This document shows positions 8,444 through 18,500 of a DNA stretch of 64,000 nt, piece after piece. The position numbers were made by a program, and so were the translations under genes. The stretch is from IMG/VR virus record IMGVR_UViG_2935901341_000001, positions 7,424 through 71,423 of that record; one strand, 5' to 3'. Within the stretch, counting starts at the first letter, position 1, and each line of letters starts with the position of its first letter. This DNA is from a virus. The notes beneath the pieces were generated by a model. That model was not told the origin of the DNA. It was given only the letters and a program-made list of their open reading frames with translations, and ran no database searches.

Positions 8444-8749
8444 TTGAAAGCAGGTATAAATCGCTCTCGTTTAACTTGTGTCGATGGAGCCTGCCTAAAG
8501 ATGTTGATGAATTCGACCACCCCTCATATCACAGTTCATAGCTGGCTCCCCGGCACCTCGAACAAGGAGTTTATCTCTCTGCAGGCAGCTATTGAATACG
8601 CGGGGGAGCACATCGACGAGATTCCGGCGATCGAGATCCTTATCCACACAGGCGCCCATCGTTATGTCATCATTTGGGGCGATCAACTTGCCGCCTTGAT
8701 CACGCGGGTTTGCGTTCCTCATCGAGGCAAGGCATCCCAAGGACATTGA
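8444..8749 (+). CDS. Hypothetical protein (start uncertain)
   Basis: ORF of up to 101 aa with plausible composition. Confidence 0.45.
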   Translation: MKAGINRSRLTCVDGACLKMLMNSTTPHITVHSWLPGTSNKEFISLQAAIEYAGEHIDEIPAIEILIHTGAHRYVIIWGDQLAALITRVCVPHRGKASQGH

Positions 8750-8873
8750 GCCTGAAAATCGCCAACCGGCTCGGGTTCCTGCGTCGACGCGAAGGCGCTG
8801 GGTACCGGCCTTGCAATCTTCGCGATCCGCCTCTCCTGCCGGTTAGGAGCCATTAATCGGTCCGTAACCGTAA

Positions 8874-8898
8874 GGAACTTTTGCGGCTATCTACTGTT
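8874..8898 (+). promoter_or_regulatory. EcfG/RpoE2-type general-stress promoter
   Basis: GGAAC-N16-TGTT versus the known GGAAC-N16/17-CGTT consensus. Confidence 0.45.
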
Positions 8899-8902
8899 AA
8901 GC

Positions 8903-9008
8903 CACAAGGATCGCACGGGCGCCCCATAGTGGGGTGGTTCGCTTCCCTTCCTTCCTGTGCGGTCCGTCCTTTCCCCAAGCTGCCCTGTTTCGGCGGGGCT
9001 CCTTTTTG
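8903..9008 (+). ncRNA. Candidate small RNA with CU-rich anti-SD-like tracts
   Basis: 5' hairpin GCCCCATAGTGGGGT, CTTCCCTTCCTTCC and TCCTTTCCCC tracts, terminator GCCCTG-TTTCGG-CGGGGC-TCCTTTTT; no ORF on this strand. Confidence 0.45.
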
Positions 9009-9175
9009 GTCCACAGCGAGCTACTTCAGCGCCTTGATCTCTCGCGGATGAAAGAAAAAAATCCGTCGGCACGGGAACAATAGGCTCAGTTGGTCGTAAT
9101 GCCTCGGGCCGTGCGGAGATTTGTCAACGGCAGCCACCCGACACTTCGATGTGCGGCCCACTTCAACCCAGAACT

Positions 9176-9203
9176 AGCCCCGCTCCGAAGCGGGGCTTTT
9201 TTT
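9176..9203. terminator. Terminator hairpin downstream of the lysis module
   Basis: AGCCCCGCT-CCGA-AGCGGGGCT-TTTTTT, 15 bp past the last late gene. Confidence 0.7.
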
Positions 9204-9217
9204 GGCATGGGCATATC

Positions 9218-9646
9218 TCAATTGATCTTCAGCCAATGCCTGACCCAGGCAACAGCGCCGTCGCTTGCATAGGCAATCATCCCGCCGACCGTCAACCCGG
9301 CGAAGGCAATGAGCCCTGATATGCCGTAGCCGAGGGTTTTCATTTTCTTCCACTCCTCGAGAGTGGGGGCGACCGCTTCGTGGTTCTTCTCGACGGTTTC
9401 CTTGATGCTTTTGATCTCCTCGCGCAGAGTGGCATCTACGCCGCTGCTGATCTCGACCACTTTATCCAGTAGGTGGATCTGCTGCCTCTGCTCATCGAGG
9501 CGACGATGGATCACCGCTCGGCTTTCGCGAGCATTGTCCTTCTCGTCGCCGAGATCCTCTCGAATGAGGGAAACGCTTTCTTCTATGCCCGTTAATCTGC
9601 CTTCGACCCGTCCGAGGGCTCGGAGTATATCGTCGTTGGATGTCAT
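9218..9646 (-). CDS. DUF1515-like coiled-coil protein with C-terminal TM
   Basis: LGRVEGRLTGIEE...ESRAVIHRRLDE plus C-terminal TM; usual position after spanins in rhizobial prophages. Confidence 0.8.
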   Translation of the reverse strand: MTSNDDILRALGRVEGRLTGIEESVSLIREDLGDEKDNARESRAVIHRRLDEQRQQIHLLDKVVEISSGVDATLREEIKSIKETVEKNHEAVAPTLEEWKKMKTLGYGISGLIAFAGLTVGGMIAYASDGAVAWVRHWLKIN

Positions 9647-9661
9647 CGATCCGAGGTCCTG

Positions 9662-9940
9662 CTACTTCGCCGCGTCGACGGCCGCCACGCAGGCAGCGCG
9701 ACGGTATTCGCCAATGTTGCGTGACGTCCGATCGGCCGACCACCCGTTCAAGATTTCTTCCTGCGTCATGTCCCGATCCGGCTTCGGCGAGAGCGCAGGC
9801 GTCACCTTCCGGCATTCCGGCGGCAGAACCACCGTCACGGTCCGCGTGATGACGATCGGCTCCGGCTTTGGATTAGTCAGGGAGCAGGCCGACACGATCA
9901 CGGGAAAGGCCGATAGCGCTGCCATCAGGAAGTGCCGCAT
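9662..9940 (-). CDS. o-spanin (Rz1-like lipoprotein)
   Basis: Lipobox IVSAC, Pro-rich, overlaps the 3' end of the i-spanin. Confidence 0.75.
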   Translation of the reverse strand: MRHFLMAALSAFPVIVSACSLTNPKPEPIVITRTVTVVLPPECRKVTPALSPKPDRDMTQEEILNGWSADRTSRNIGEYRRAACVAAVDAAK

Positions 9941-10232
9941 TGCGTTTCCTCAATTCTTCGAGCTGCTGGGACGCGGCGTTAACGCGACTGGCCGCGTCCG
10001 CCTGGATCTCGATCACCGCCTTGGCTTGGTCGGCGATCTTCTGGTTCGCTTCGGCGTTGGCTTTCTCGATCTTCGCCGTCCACGTCTGATCGGCGAGCGC
10101 TTTGGCATTTGCCGTAGCGTCGTCGACCATCGAACGAATTTCCCGGATCGAGCCATAGATGAGGCCGGAGATGACCAGCACGAGCGCCAGCGCGACCACG
10201 CCGATCGCGATCGGTTTTGACAAGCCGAACAT
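9873..10232 (-). CDS. i-spanin (Rz-like)
   Basis: N-terminal TM followed by an Ala-rich coiled coil, directly after the endolysin. Confidence 0.75.
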   Translation of the reverse strand: MFGLSKPIAIGVVALALVLVISGLIYGSIREIRSMVDDATANAKALADQTWTAKIEKANAEANQKIADQAKAVIEIQADAASRVNAASQQLEELRKRNAALPDGSAIGLSRDRVGLLPD

Positions 10233-10696
10233 CAGATGCCCTCAAGGCAGAATTGGCGCTCTTTCTGCCGGCGCCGGATCAGGCCGGGAAAGACGATGCC
10301 GGCAGCACGGTTCCACTTGAGGAGGGCTTCGCAGCCTTCAGCCGTCTTCCCCTGGTTGATCAGCTTGATCGCGCTGGATCCACACGCCGCTTTGACGCCG
10401 ATGTTGTAGCTGAATGAGGTCAGGGCAACGAAACGGGCATCCGGCAGTGGAACCTTGACGCACTTTTCTATTCCTGCCGCATAGGTCTGCAGCTCCAGAG
10501 ACAGAAGCGCCTTGCACTGCTCCACAGTCTTGCGGTCCCCCGGCTTCACGCCGTTGGTGCTGCCATAGCAGATCGTCCACGGCTGGCCCTGCGTAGCCGG
10601 ATCGGGATAGGCGTTCTGCCGCAGCCCCTCGAACGATCCAACGAGCGCCACGGCCATGGCCGCGGCGGCACTACCCTTCTGCAGGCGGCTTGCCAT
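10232..10696 (-). CDS. Endolysin, GH24 lysozyme
   Basis: FEG-x-AYPD-x-WTICYG catalytic E/D/T pattern, C-terminal GLIRRRQKER; Ala-rich SAR-like N-terminus. Confidence 0.93.
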   Translation of the reverse strand: MASRLQKGSAAAAMAVALVGSFEGLRQNAYPDPATQGQPWTICYGSTNGVKPGDRKTVEQCKALLSLELQTYAAGIEKCVKVPLPDARFVALTSFSYNIGVKAACGSSAIKLINQGKTAEGCEALLKWNRAAGIVFPGLIRRRQKERQFCLEGI

Positions 10697-10925
10697 TCAA
10701 ATCTCCTGAAACTTTTTGCTGGACGAAGATGCGGGCGATGATCGCCGCGACAGCCAAGAGGCCGGTGATCGCCGACATGGCGAGCTGGATGTAAATGTTC
10801 TTCGCCACCCAGGTTGCGGCGACGAAGGTATAGATCGGCTCGAGGATGATGAAGAACAACGCCAGCACCATCAGCCGCACCGACCAGGCACGCTTGAGCA
10901 CCTCGCGCCAGTTATGGACGAGCAT
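10671..10925 (-). CDS. Holin (two TM)
   Basis: MLVHNWREVLKRAWSVR, two TM segments, charged C-terminus, upstream of the endolysin. Confidence 0.8.
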   Translation of the reverse strand: MLVHNWREVLKRAWSVRLMVLALFFIILEPIYTFVAATWVAKNIYIQLAMSAITGLLAVAAIIARIFVQQKVSGDLNGKPPAEG

Positions 10926-10985
10926 GGGTATTCTCCTGTTTGGGGATGACGGCTTCAGCCGTTATGTGGCAAGCGGCAGAGGACG

Positions 10986-12203
10986 TTACGCCGCAAGCCT
11001 CGCTTCGAAGTAGGGGTCTACGTAAGGCACCATACCGGCGGACACCTTGGCTGCCATGTTGGCGTGGGGGGTGCTGCCAGGGTGGATTTCATCGTTCGGA
11101 TAGGTCGTGTAGTCGCCTGCCTCTGCGATGATGTCATGGTACTTGTCCAATAGACCATCAGCTTTTGCAGCCAGCCACGCGTTGTAGTCATTGCGGACTG
11201 TGTTCTGGGCGCCCGTGAGGGTGCCTCTGGGGATGATCGAAGAGGCGTGGACTCGGAGGTAGCAACCATACGGCCCCACGATGGAGCGGGCATAGGCGGC
11301 CAGGTCCGTGAAGCGGGCCTTCATGGTCGCAAGGTCTGCCGACGCGGCGATGTCGTTAGTGCCGAGCTGGATGAAGATGTCCGTGACGTAGGGCCACAGG
11401 AGCTTCTGGACCGGCGCAACGGCAACCATCTGGTTCTGGATCTTGTTGGCGTCGATGCCCTGCTTGTGCCACGGGAAGCAGTGCCCGTTGACCGATCTCA
11501 TCGCACGGGCGAAGAAGCCCTGCGTGGAAGAGGTGTTCGTGTCGTCCTTGAAGTAACCGATGCTGTCCAGGACGCCAATGACGCATGCCATGGGGACATA
11601 AGGGATACCCAGGACCATGGCTGGAGGGCAAGCTGGGCCTGCCGAGGTACCCGAGTTGTTTAGTACGCCACCACCTGCTCTGAGGAGCTGTGAGCCCCCT
11701 GTCGTTCGTAAGCCCTGGGAGCCAACGCCGTTGTTGGTCACTGAGGACATGGTGTCCGTCACCAGGGGGACCGTGCGGTAGAAGCCGCTGTAGTTGGTGG
11801 TGTCTGCGTCCCACTCCATACCCGCTACGGGGTCTGTGAGGATGATCTCGCCGGGGTTAGTTACCCCAGTGTTGCCCCCAGCGTAGAGTGACCTCACCGG
11901 GGTATTCACACCAGTCAGCTTCTCGGCTGCGCGTTGCCACGTCATCGTGTTGGCGGGGGACTGGATCTCAACGCCTGACCCCGGGGCCACATAGGCGTGA
12001 GCATCCAAAAACCTGATGTTCTTGACCTTGGCGGGTCCGACTACGTGACCATTCCGGCCCTGCCCGTTGGTATTGCTACCTGCAAGGGCAACTGGGGGAG
12101 CGTTAGGGAAGTACGTATCGCCAGTCACGAGCTGGAGTCGGAAGGGGTCTGGATAGCCGCGTTTTGAGAGCAGCAGCCGCCTTGTTGCGCGCGCGACTGC
12201 CAT
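10986..12203 (-). CDS. SGNH/GDSL-type esterase, probably virion-associated
   Basis: VLDSIG (block I variant), GTND (block III), DEIHP (block V); N-terminal beta-rich domain. Confidence 0.75.
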   Translation of the reverse strand: MAVARATRRLLLSKRGYPDPFRLQLVTGDTYFPNAPPVALAGSNTNGQGRNGHVVGPAKVKNIRFLDAHAYVAPGSGVEIQSPANTMTWQRAAEKLTGVNTPVRSLYAGGNTGVTNPGEIILTDPVAGMEWDADTTNYSGFYRTVPLVTDTMSSVTNNGVGSQGLRTTGGSQLLRAGGGVLNNSGTSAGPACPPAMVLGIPYVPMACVIGVLDSIGYFKDDTNTSSTQGFFARAMRSVNGHCFPWHKQGIDANKIQNQMVAVAPVQKLLWPYVTDIFIQLGTNDIAASADLATMKARFTDLAAYARSIVGPYGCYLRVHASSIIPRGTLTGAQNTVRNDYNAWLAAKADGLLDKYHDIIAEAGDYTTYPNDEIHPGSTPHANMAAKVSAGMVPYVDPYFEARLAA

Positions 12204-12204
12204 T

Positions 12205-12978
12205 TTAGACGTCCACGCTATGCAGGGTGATCTTGTAAACTTCGCTGTTGGCCGCCGGCGTGTAGCCGCCGGCTGTCACCAGATAGGCAGAGATATCGGC
12301 GGTCACGAGCTTCATCTGCTTGTTGACGCCGGTAAAGTCGCAATAGAGCGTACCGCCGCCGATAAGGACCGGAGCGCCGAGATCGATAAAGCAAAGGAAG
12401 GGTCCGCGGTCCGTACCCGCCCAGGTGAACGCCGCATTATCGGCGATGGCTGATGGAGGTGCGGAGCTGTAGAGATAGAGCCGGAAGCTCGTCATCCCGG
12501 ATGGGATCGCCGCGATATCAACTTCCAGCTCGGCCCGGGTGATCAGGATCGATCCTCCCGACTTGCCGATCGCCGCGAAGTTCAGCACCCCGCCCCCCGT
12601 CTGCCCAACGACGTCGCCCGCCGTGTAGGCCGTCACGTTCGCTGGCCTGGTGAGTGTCACCGCGACATCATGCGCCGTCGATTTCTGGTCGACCGGTATG
12701 GCCGGCTGATCGGTCGCGATGTTGACGGCTGGGCTCTGTGCCACCGTTCTCACACCGAGCTGCGCAACCAAGCCGGTGCCGAGCGAAGCGGTGACGGCAT
12801 CAACCGAGGCTTTGACGGCATCAACCGAGGTCTTAAGCGCCTTTGTGCGCTCAAGCAGCGAATTCGCCGTTGGGTTTGCCGTCACCTCTCCGAGAAGCTT
12901 TGCGATCGCCGTCAAGGTTGCGACATCGATCGGGTCGCCATTGGCGTCGAGAACTGTAGCCTGATCCACTTGTGCCAT
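12205..12978 (-). CDS. Putative virion structural or adaptor protein
   Basis: N-terminal coiled coil then beta-rich domain, inside the late operon. Confidence 0.7.
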   Translation of the reverse strand: MAQVDQATVLDANGDPIDVATLTAIAKLLGEVTANPTANSLLERTKALKTSVDAVKASVDAVTASLGTGLVAQLGVRTVAQSPAVNIATDQPAIPVDQKSTAHDVAVTLTRPANVTAYTAGDVVGQTGGGVLNFAAIGKSGGSILITRAELEVDIAAIPSGMTSFRLYLYSSAPPSAIADNAAFTWAGTDRGPFLCFIDLGAPVLIGGGTLYCDFTGVNKQMKLVTADISAYLVTAGGYTPAANSEVYKITLHSVDV

Positions 12979-13998
12979 TTAAATCACCTGTCCGATGTAC
13001 TGGGAGTTGCCGATGGAACTGAAATCGAGAGAAGGTGGCGCCGGAGGAGCCACAGGCGGGTTGATCCCGCCGAAGGTTCGCGTGATCGCCATCGTCGCGG
13101 CTGAGGTCGGATCGAGAATTGCTGTGAACGGAACTTCCATGACGACAGCCCGGCCGTTGCCCGGGCCGATCGGCGAGCCGTTTGTCAGTTTCACTTTGGG
13201 GATGCTGATTTCGTAGGAATTGTTGACCGCATCGGTAAGCGTTGCTGCTATCCCGATGTCCGAGTGGTCGATGATCGCTTGATAGAGATCCGCGCTCTCG
13301 AAGACCGCCGTCAGGCTGCCCGTCACGTCGAACAGGCCCAGGCCGAAATCGTAGACCTCATATCGCCCGACAACGTCGACGGCGTAGAGGTTGTTGTTCA
13401 CCCTGATGGAAAGCGACTGGAGCTTGGGTGTGGCTGCGAGGCCTGTTATCGAAAGAGACGCGACGTTCAACGCCGCATTGAATACTGGCGTCGTCGTGGC
13501 GTCGATATACGTCGATCCTGAGACTACTGTTGTTGCCGGATCGGGGCTTCCGACACCGAGAATCCCCCAATTTGCCGTGACGTTCTGTTTAGCGTTCAGC
13601 TGGAGATCGAGAGTGTTGATCCGGCACCCTAGGTAACGGGTGAACACATCAGTCACGCCCATTTCGAACCGCTTCTCAAAAGCCAGCGTCTTTACCTGGA
13701 CGCTGTTCTTCAGAGCGGATCCCGACCAAGATCCACAAAAGAGGGCAGCGAACCAATCATCGAAGGTGAAAAAGGAAAGGAGCGTGTTGACGGGGCCGGT
13801 CACCTGCCGTCCAACGTCCGTGACATCAGTCCGATTACGATCGTCCCGAACCTCGTCGGAGCTGATCGTCTGCTTATCCAGCGTCAGCCCCTCGCTGACG
13901 TAACGGGCGGTCTGCCAAGACGGATTCGCGGGGATAACGCCCGGCGTCGTCTCTTTGACAAACGCGAGCTGCGTCTGTGAGCCGTGGGCTACAGTCAT
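12979..13998 (-). CDS. Second tail tube protein (paralog of 25916-26848) with C-terminal extension
   Basis: Colinear with the main tube protein (45/60 identical in the first 60 aa by my count); extra GGINPPVAPPAPPSLDFSSIGNSQYIGQVI. Confidence 0.9.
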   Translation of the reverse strand: MTVAHGSQTQLAFVKETTPGVIPANPSWQTARYVSEGLTLDKQTISSDEVRDDRNRTDVTDVGRQVTGPVNTLLSFFTFDDWFAALFCGSWSGSALKNSVQVKTLAFEKRFEMGVTDVFTRYLGCRINTLDLQLNAKQNVTANWGILGVGSPDPATTVVSGSTYIDATTTPVFNAALNVASLSITGLAATPKLQSLSIRVNNNLYAVDVVGRYEVYDFGLGLFDVTGSLTAVFESADLYQAIIDHSDIGIAATLTDAVNNSYEISIPKVKLTNGSPIGPGNGRAVVMEVPFTAILDPTSAATMAITRTFGGINPPVAPPAPPSLDFSSIGNSQYIGQVI

Positions 13999-14074
13999 AT
14001 TAGGCTCCATCTATCGGGATTGCCCACGTCTTCAGACGTTGGCGGCGCGCTTGCCTAAGACGCGGATCTGGCGA

Positions 14075-14641
14075 TCATGTAGTCGGCGCGGGCCATATCA
14101 CGGCATCGTAGGCGGCCTGTGCCGCGTCGGCGTCCTCGGCCGATGCGATCGCCGCTTTACCGCCAAGGCGCGCGGATTCGATCTCGGCGCCGATCATCTG
14201 CCACTGCGCATAGGCCGCGACTACGATCTGAGCCACTTCGGCGAGACTGTCGGCTGTAATTCCAACCTCTGCCGAAAGCATAGGGAAATCGCTCGGCTGC
14301 GGATCCTCGGAAGCAACAAAGGCCTTCGCCTCTGCCGCCTTCGCTTGATAGGTCATGGCCTGCCCGGCTCCAGGCGTGATGTATTTCAGCCGCTCGAACT
14401 CCGCGGCGGCGTCGAGCGCGCTCCTCAGCTGCACTTTCAGCTCTTCTAGCGTCGGCTCTGGCGGCGTTGGCTCTTCCGGGTTTTCCGGACTTTCCGGCTG
14501 ATGGACCCCAAAGCCCCCGTCAATGCTCACGACAAGACCGTTGATCATGCCGTCGATCGCCGCCGCATATTGCTCGTTGGTGATCTCAAGAGCGCCGGGA
14601 AACGGGTCTGTGGCGACCTTTCCATTGGCTGCGTACGGCAT
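14075..14641 (-). CDS. Tail fibre assembly chaperone-like protein
   Basis: Follows the fibre gene; ITPGAGQAMTYQAKAAEA...YAQWQMIGAEIE...IWP pattern. Confidence 0.7.
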   Translation of the reverse strand: MPYAANGKVATDPFPGALEITNEQYAAAIDGMINGLVVSIDGGFGVHQPESPENPEEPTPPEPTLEELKVQLRSALDAAAEFERLKYITPGAGQAMTYQAKAAEAKAFVASEDPQPSDFPMLSAEVGITADSLAEVAQIVVAAYAQWQMIGAEIESARLGGKAAIASAEDADAAQAAYDAVIWPAPTT

Positions 14642-15501
14642 TATGCGATCCTCATATAGGCTTTGACGCTTAAGTTTTTCATGCGGGTTTCCGTGGCGGT
14701 ACGCGCGACAAGCGCCGCATTGAAACCTATTGTTCTCATGGCGATGTCAGCGCCGCTCACAGCGACTGGCGTAGCTTGTCCGTTGGCACCGCTATCAAAC
14801 ATTGCCCCGCCATAATTCGTCACCATTTCGCCGCCGCCGCCGGCGTTGGTGCGGCGAAGATCAAACGTGCCGCTGATGTTTTGAACGGCGTCGTTCTGAG
14901 TGTTGTTGGGGGATGTAGACGGGCGCTCGATTCGGCTTTCCGTATTCAACAAGTGGATCGTTTGCCCAAGCATGGGTGACGAGGCATAGTTGATCACGGC
15001 GGTAGCCGCTACCAGCGGCGCCGATCCGGACACGCTCTCAGTCGTCAGTTTTCCGTTGTTGAAGGCGCCGACCCCGGTTAGGCCCGACGTCAACTCGATC
15101 CAGATTGTGTCGGACGTCGTGGAAGGAGGAATGTCGACACCGGTAAGCCCGGTGTTCAACATAATCACTTCGCCGATGGCACGCGATCGCCATTTCAACA
15201 CCGGATTGGTAAGAGCGGCGGCTATTGCGTCGGCGTTTGTCCCGTCGCTATAGGTGATTTTTCCAGTCGCAATATCCAGCGTTAGAACGAGATTATCGTC
15301 CGAGCCATCGTAGAAATAGAGCTTCCGCTGACCGGCGGTGGCGGTCGAGACCCAAAACGATCCGTCAACTGCATAAGCCGGACGGGAGGAGCCTGAATGA
15401 CCGCTCACCGCGGCCTTGAAATTGTCATCGATCCGCGCTGCCATCGTTGTCGGCGACGCGGGGCCGACTGTCGGGACGCTGAAGATTGCCGCCTGACTCA
15501 T
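14641..15501 (-). CDS. Tail fibre / receptor-binding protein
   Basis: Start at ATG 15501 (ATGA overlap with the tip protein); GHSGSSRP N-terminal anchor, AIGEVI and QNDAVQNISG collar-type motifs, ETRMKNLSV end. Confidence 0.8.
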   Translation of the reverse strand: MSQAAIFSVPTVGPASPTTMAARIDDNFKAAVSGHSGSSRPAYAVDGSFWVSTATAGQRKLYFYDGSDDNLVLTLDIATGKITYSDGTNADAIAAALTNPVLKWRSRAIGEVIMLNTGLTGVDIPPSTTSDTIWIELTSGLTGVGAFNNGKLTTESVSGSAPLVAATAVINYASSPMLGQTIHLLNTESRIERPSTSPNNTQNDAVQNISGTFDLRRTNAGGGGEMVTNYGGAMFDSGANGQATPVAVSGADIAMRTIGFNAALVARTATETRMKNLSVKAYMRIA

Positions 15502-18500
15502 TGGACGTATCCATATCCTTTTGCCACATAGTCGAAAGTTCGCGCTACCGGCGCACCTGACGCATTTCGGAAGATGATCGTGAACCCAGCCGACGTCTTG
15601 CCGGTGATCTGGTAGTAATCGCCGGTCTGCATGTTTTGGGCGGCTATTGAGACGCCACTGAGCACGTAGTACGCCGGCGAAAAGCCGATCGAGAGGCCGC
15701 TTGTTGACACGACCAGGTCGTTCTCGGCGATCACCCGATCTGGCATGTCGACCGTGACAGAAAGCGTCTCCACCACGGGCGTGACGTCGAACTGCTGCGA
15801 AAGCAGTCGCGCGCGGAACCGATAAGCACGCGCCGCAACGTCTGACGTCACCAGCTCCGCCCAGTCGCTCCATGCCGGGCTCCCCGAGGGGTCGTCCACC
15901 GTGGACGAGATCTCAACCCGCACATTCCACAGTGCATCCGAGGCCATTCCGAAGAATTCAGGAATGTCGAACCAGTCGCCGCGCTTAAATAGGTCAAGAC
16001 TCGCGACGAGGCCGTAGGCCGACACTTCGGCGCTCACCCTAGATGTATGCACCTCGCCGAGGTCGATGATGTCTGCAAAATCGTAAACCCCCTCGGTCAG
16101 GAAGCCGCTGATCGACAAAAAATAGTCTTCGACAGAGAACCAGTCGGCCAACTCGAACAAGTTGGTGGCCGTATCGAGCTGCAGAACGCCACCAAGAGCA
16201 ACAACGCCGCTCTTGGCGCCAAGAAAGTCCGGCGCATCTGCCATCGCCTCGACGGCGTTGAAGGCGGTCAGCGGATTGACGGTGCTGACGATCAATGCCG
16301 CATTTACCGATTGAAGACCGGCGAAATTGACCGCTTTGATCAAGTATGTTCCGACCATTGCCGCGACCTGCGTCTGAGAACCGATGACGTTGGTCCGCAG
16401 GGTCGATGCGGTCTGCCATGTCACCCCGCTGATCGAGGGCGAAAAGCGGATCTCGCAATGTGAAAACGCCTGGTCGGCCTGTAGCGTCCACTGCAGCAGG
16501 GCGATATCGCCGCTGATCCCGATCCTGAAGTCCTGCACATCGGCGGGGTTCGAGGCAAGGATGCTGCAGATAAACGATCCGATCAGGAAACCAGAAAGCT
16601 CCCCGCTTGCGAACACAGCACGAATCCTCACATCGTAGACACCAGTCGCCAGATTGACGATGCGAGCCTGAGGCGCGCTCACACTTGGTATCGTGATCCA
16701 GAATTCATCGCCGGTGGCTCGATACTGCACGATATAAGACGCCCCTGCGCCAGCGTTTGGCGCCTGCCATGCAAGGTCGATCGCCGATGTCGCCGGCGAT
16801 GTCGTCCAGATCGTTTCGACATAGGACAGACCTGTCGGAGCCGAGGCCCGGTAGTCCGGAATGGGCGCGATGCCCGTCTGGAATGGCGGTATCGTACCGG
16901 TATCGGCCTGCATGATGCCGGGGGCATCATCCACCAGCTCCAGCCGCGCGGAGAGATCCTGCCGTGCCGTGATGCTCTTCACGCGCAGGACGACGCTTTC
17001 GAACCCCTTTTCTCCGAAGAGAGCGAGATCACCTGGCGCCGGCAAGTCGCCAGCATCGGAAAACTCGAAGGTGTCGAAGTCGCCGTCGGCTCCAACGATC
17101 GTCCTCACGATCGACGAGCCGTCGGCGGCACGGAACCGCATGGAATAGCTCTTGCCGGCCTGCATTGTTAGCAGATCGTCGAGGACAACGCTCTCTGGCG
17201 AGGAAATGACCGTTCGCACCCTGGCCGTCCCGGCGCCCCACATGACGACGTCATGATTGACGCGCACGCGATCGCCGCGCGTGCACACCAGATGCTCGAA
17301 GTCGGTATCAAGCGAATAGGTCTCCCGCTGCAGCCGCAGCTGCGCGATGTGATAGCGACCCTGCTTCCAGATCAGGTTCGGGTCAGTGACGCCTGAGAAT
17401 TCGATGCCTTCCAATTTTGTGGCATTGCTTTTGTTATAGCCGTCGTCATAGACAACCCGCTCGTCGTTCAGATAGCTGTTGTCGCGATTGATGAATTTGA
17501 CCCGGAAGGCATGCGGGAGATCCGCGAAAGCCCGAACCGACGAGAAGTTAGCAGAGTTGCGCGGCGAGAAATGCTGCACGATGGGCGAATCTGGCACATC
17601 CCAGACAACTCCCCACCGACCATCGCGATAAGATACGGCTGCCCGGCCGGCCGCGGCTATTTCTGTCAGCCGATCATAGACCGATTTTTGTTCACTCGCG
17701 ACTAGGTCGAACGTAAAACCCCTCGCCAAACAATATGCGCGCCACGAATGGATGCTGTCGAAATCAATTTGTGCGTCCGGCACCGGCCGCGCATTGCCGT
17801 TGCCTCTGAGGACTTGCATGAAATGGTCTGCAGGGTTCCTGGTATCCTGCGCGTGCAACCAGGCCTCGCCGTCCCAGATCGGGATTTTAGGGGTGGCGAG
17901 GCAGTTGAAGGTGTTGACCGTGCCATTCAGCTGTCCAGTCGCCTTGATCCGCATGGCGATCAGCGTCAAGGGCTTCGGGAAGTTGATCACAGGCTCGTTG
18001 CGTCGCCCACGAACGGCAGTCCAGTAGACCGTCTCTGAGACGTTGTCCTTGCCTTCGTAATCAGGTGTGGATTTGCGGGTGCGGACATCATACTTCCCGC
18101 GCGCTACGCCGTTGGCAAGTGTCCGGCGCACCGCCTGCGGTGAATTCGAAGTCAGGTCGATCGTGCCAAGCGAGAGCCATGTGCTGCTGGTCGAGAGTTT
18201 GTACTGAACCTCCACCCACACGGTATAATAAACGCGATTGCCTTTCGACGTGTATCGATAGGTTCCGTTCGGCGCGCTCACATCAACCGAGATCTCGTCG
18301 ATGTCGTCCGCCGTCGTCCGCTCGACCCATCCGGTAGGACCGTCGAGGAGAACGGAAACGTCCTCCTGATAGACTGGCTTTGTGTAGAGCGTAAGCGGTG
18401 TAGCGGTGTGGTCCTCAATGATCTCGATGTTCAGATTTTCGAACTTCGATATCGGCGTCTCACCAATCTTCAAATCGGATACGGCGATCGGCCCGTAGCC

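Noticed and set aside
9363-10220. 285-aa plus-strand ORF
   Set aside because: Antisense shadow of the spanin and DUF1515 genes; Ser/Arg-rich with no motifs.
12979-13998. Assembly artefact or pseudogene explanation for the second tube gene
   Set aside because: The copies differ throughout at protein and synonymous level, and the ORF, RBS and coupling to the next gene are intact.
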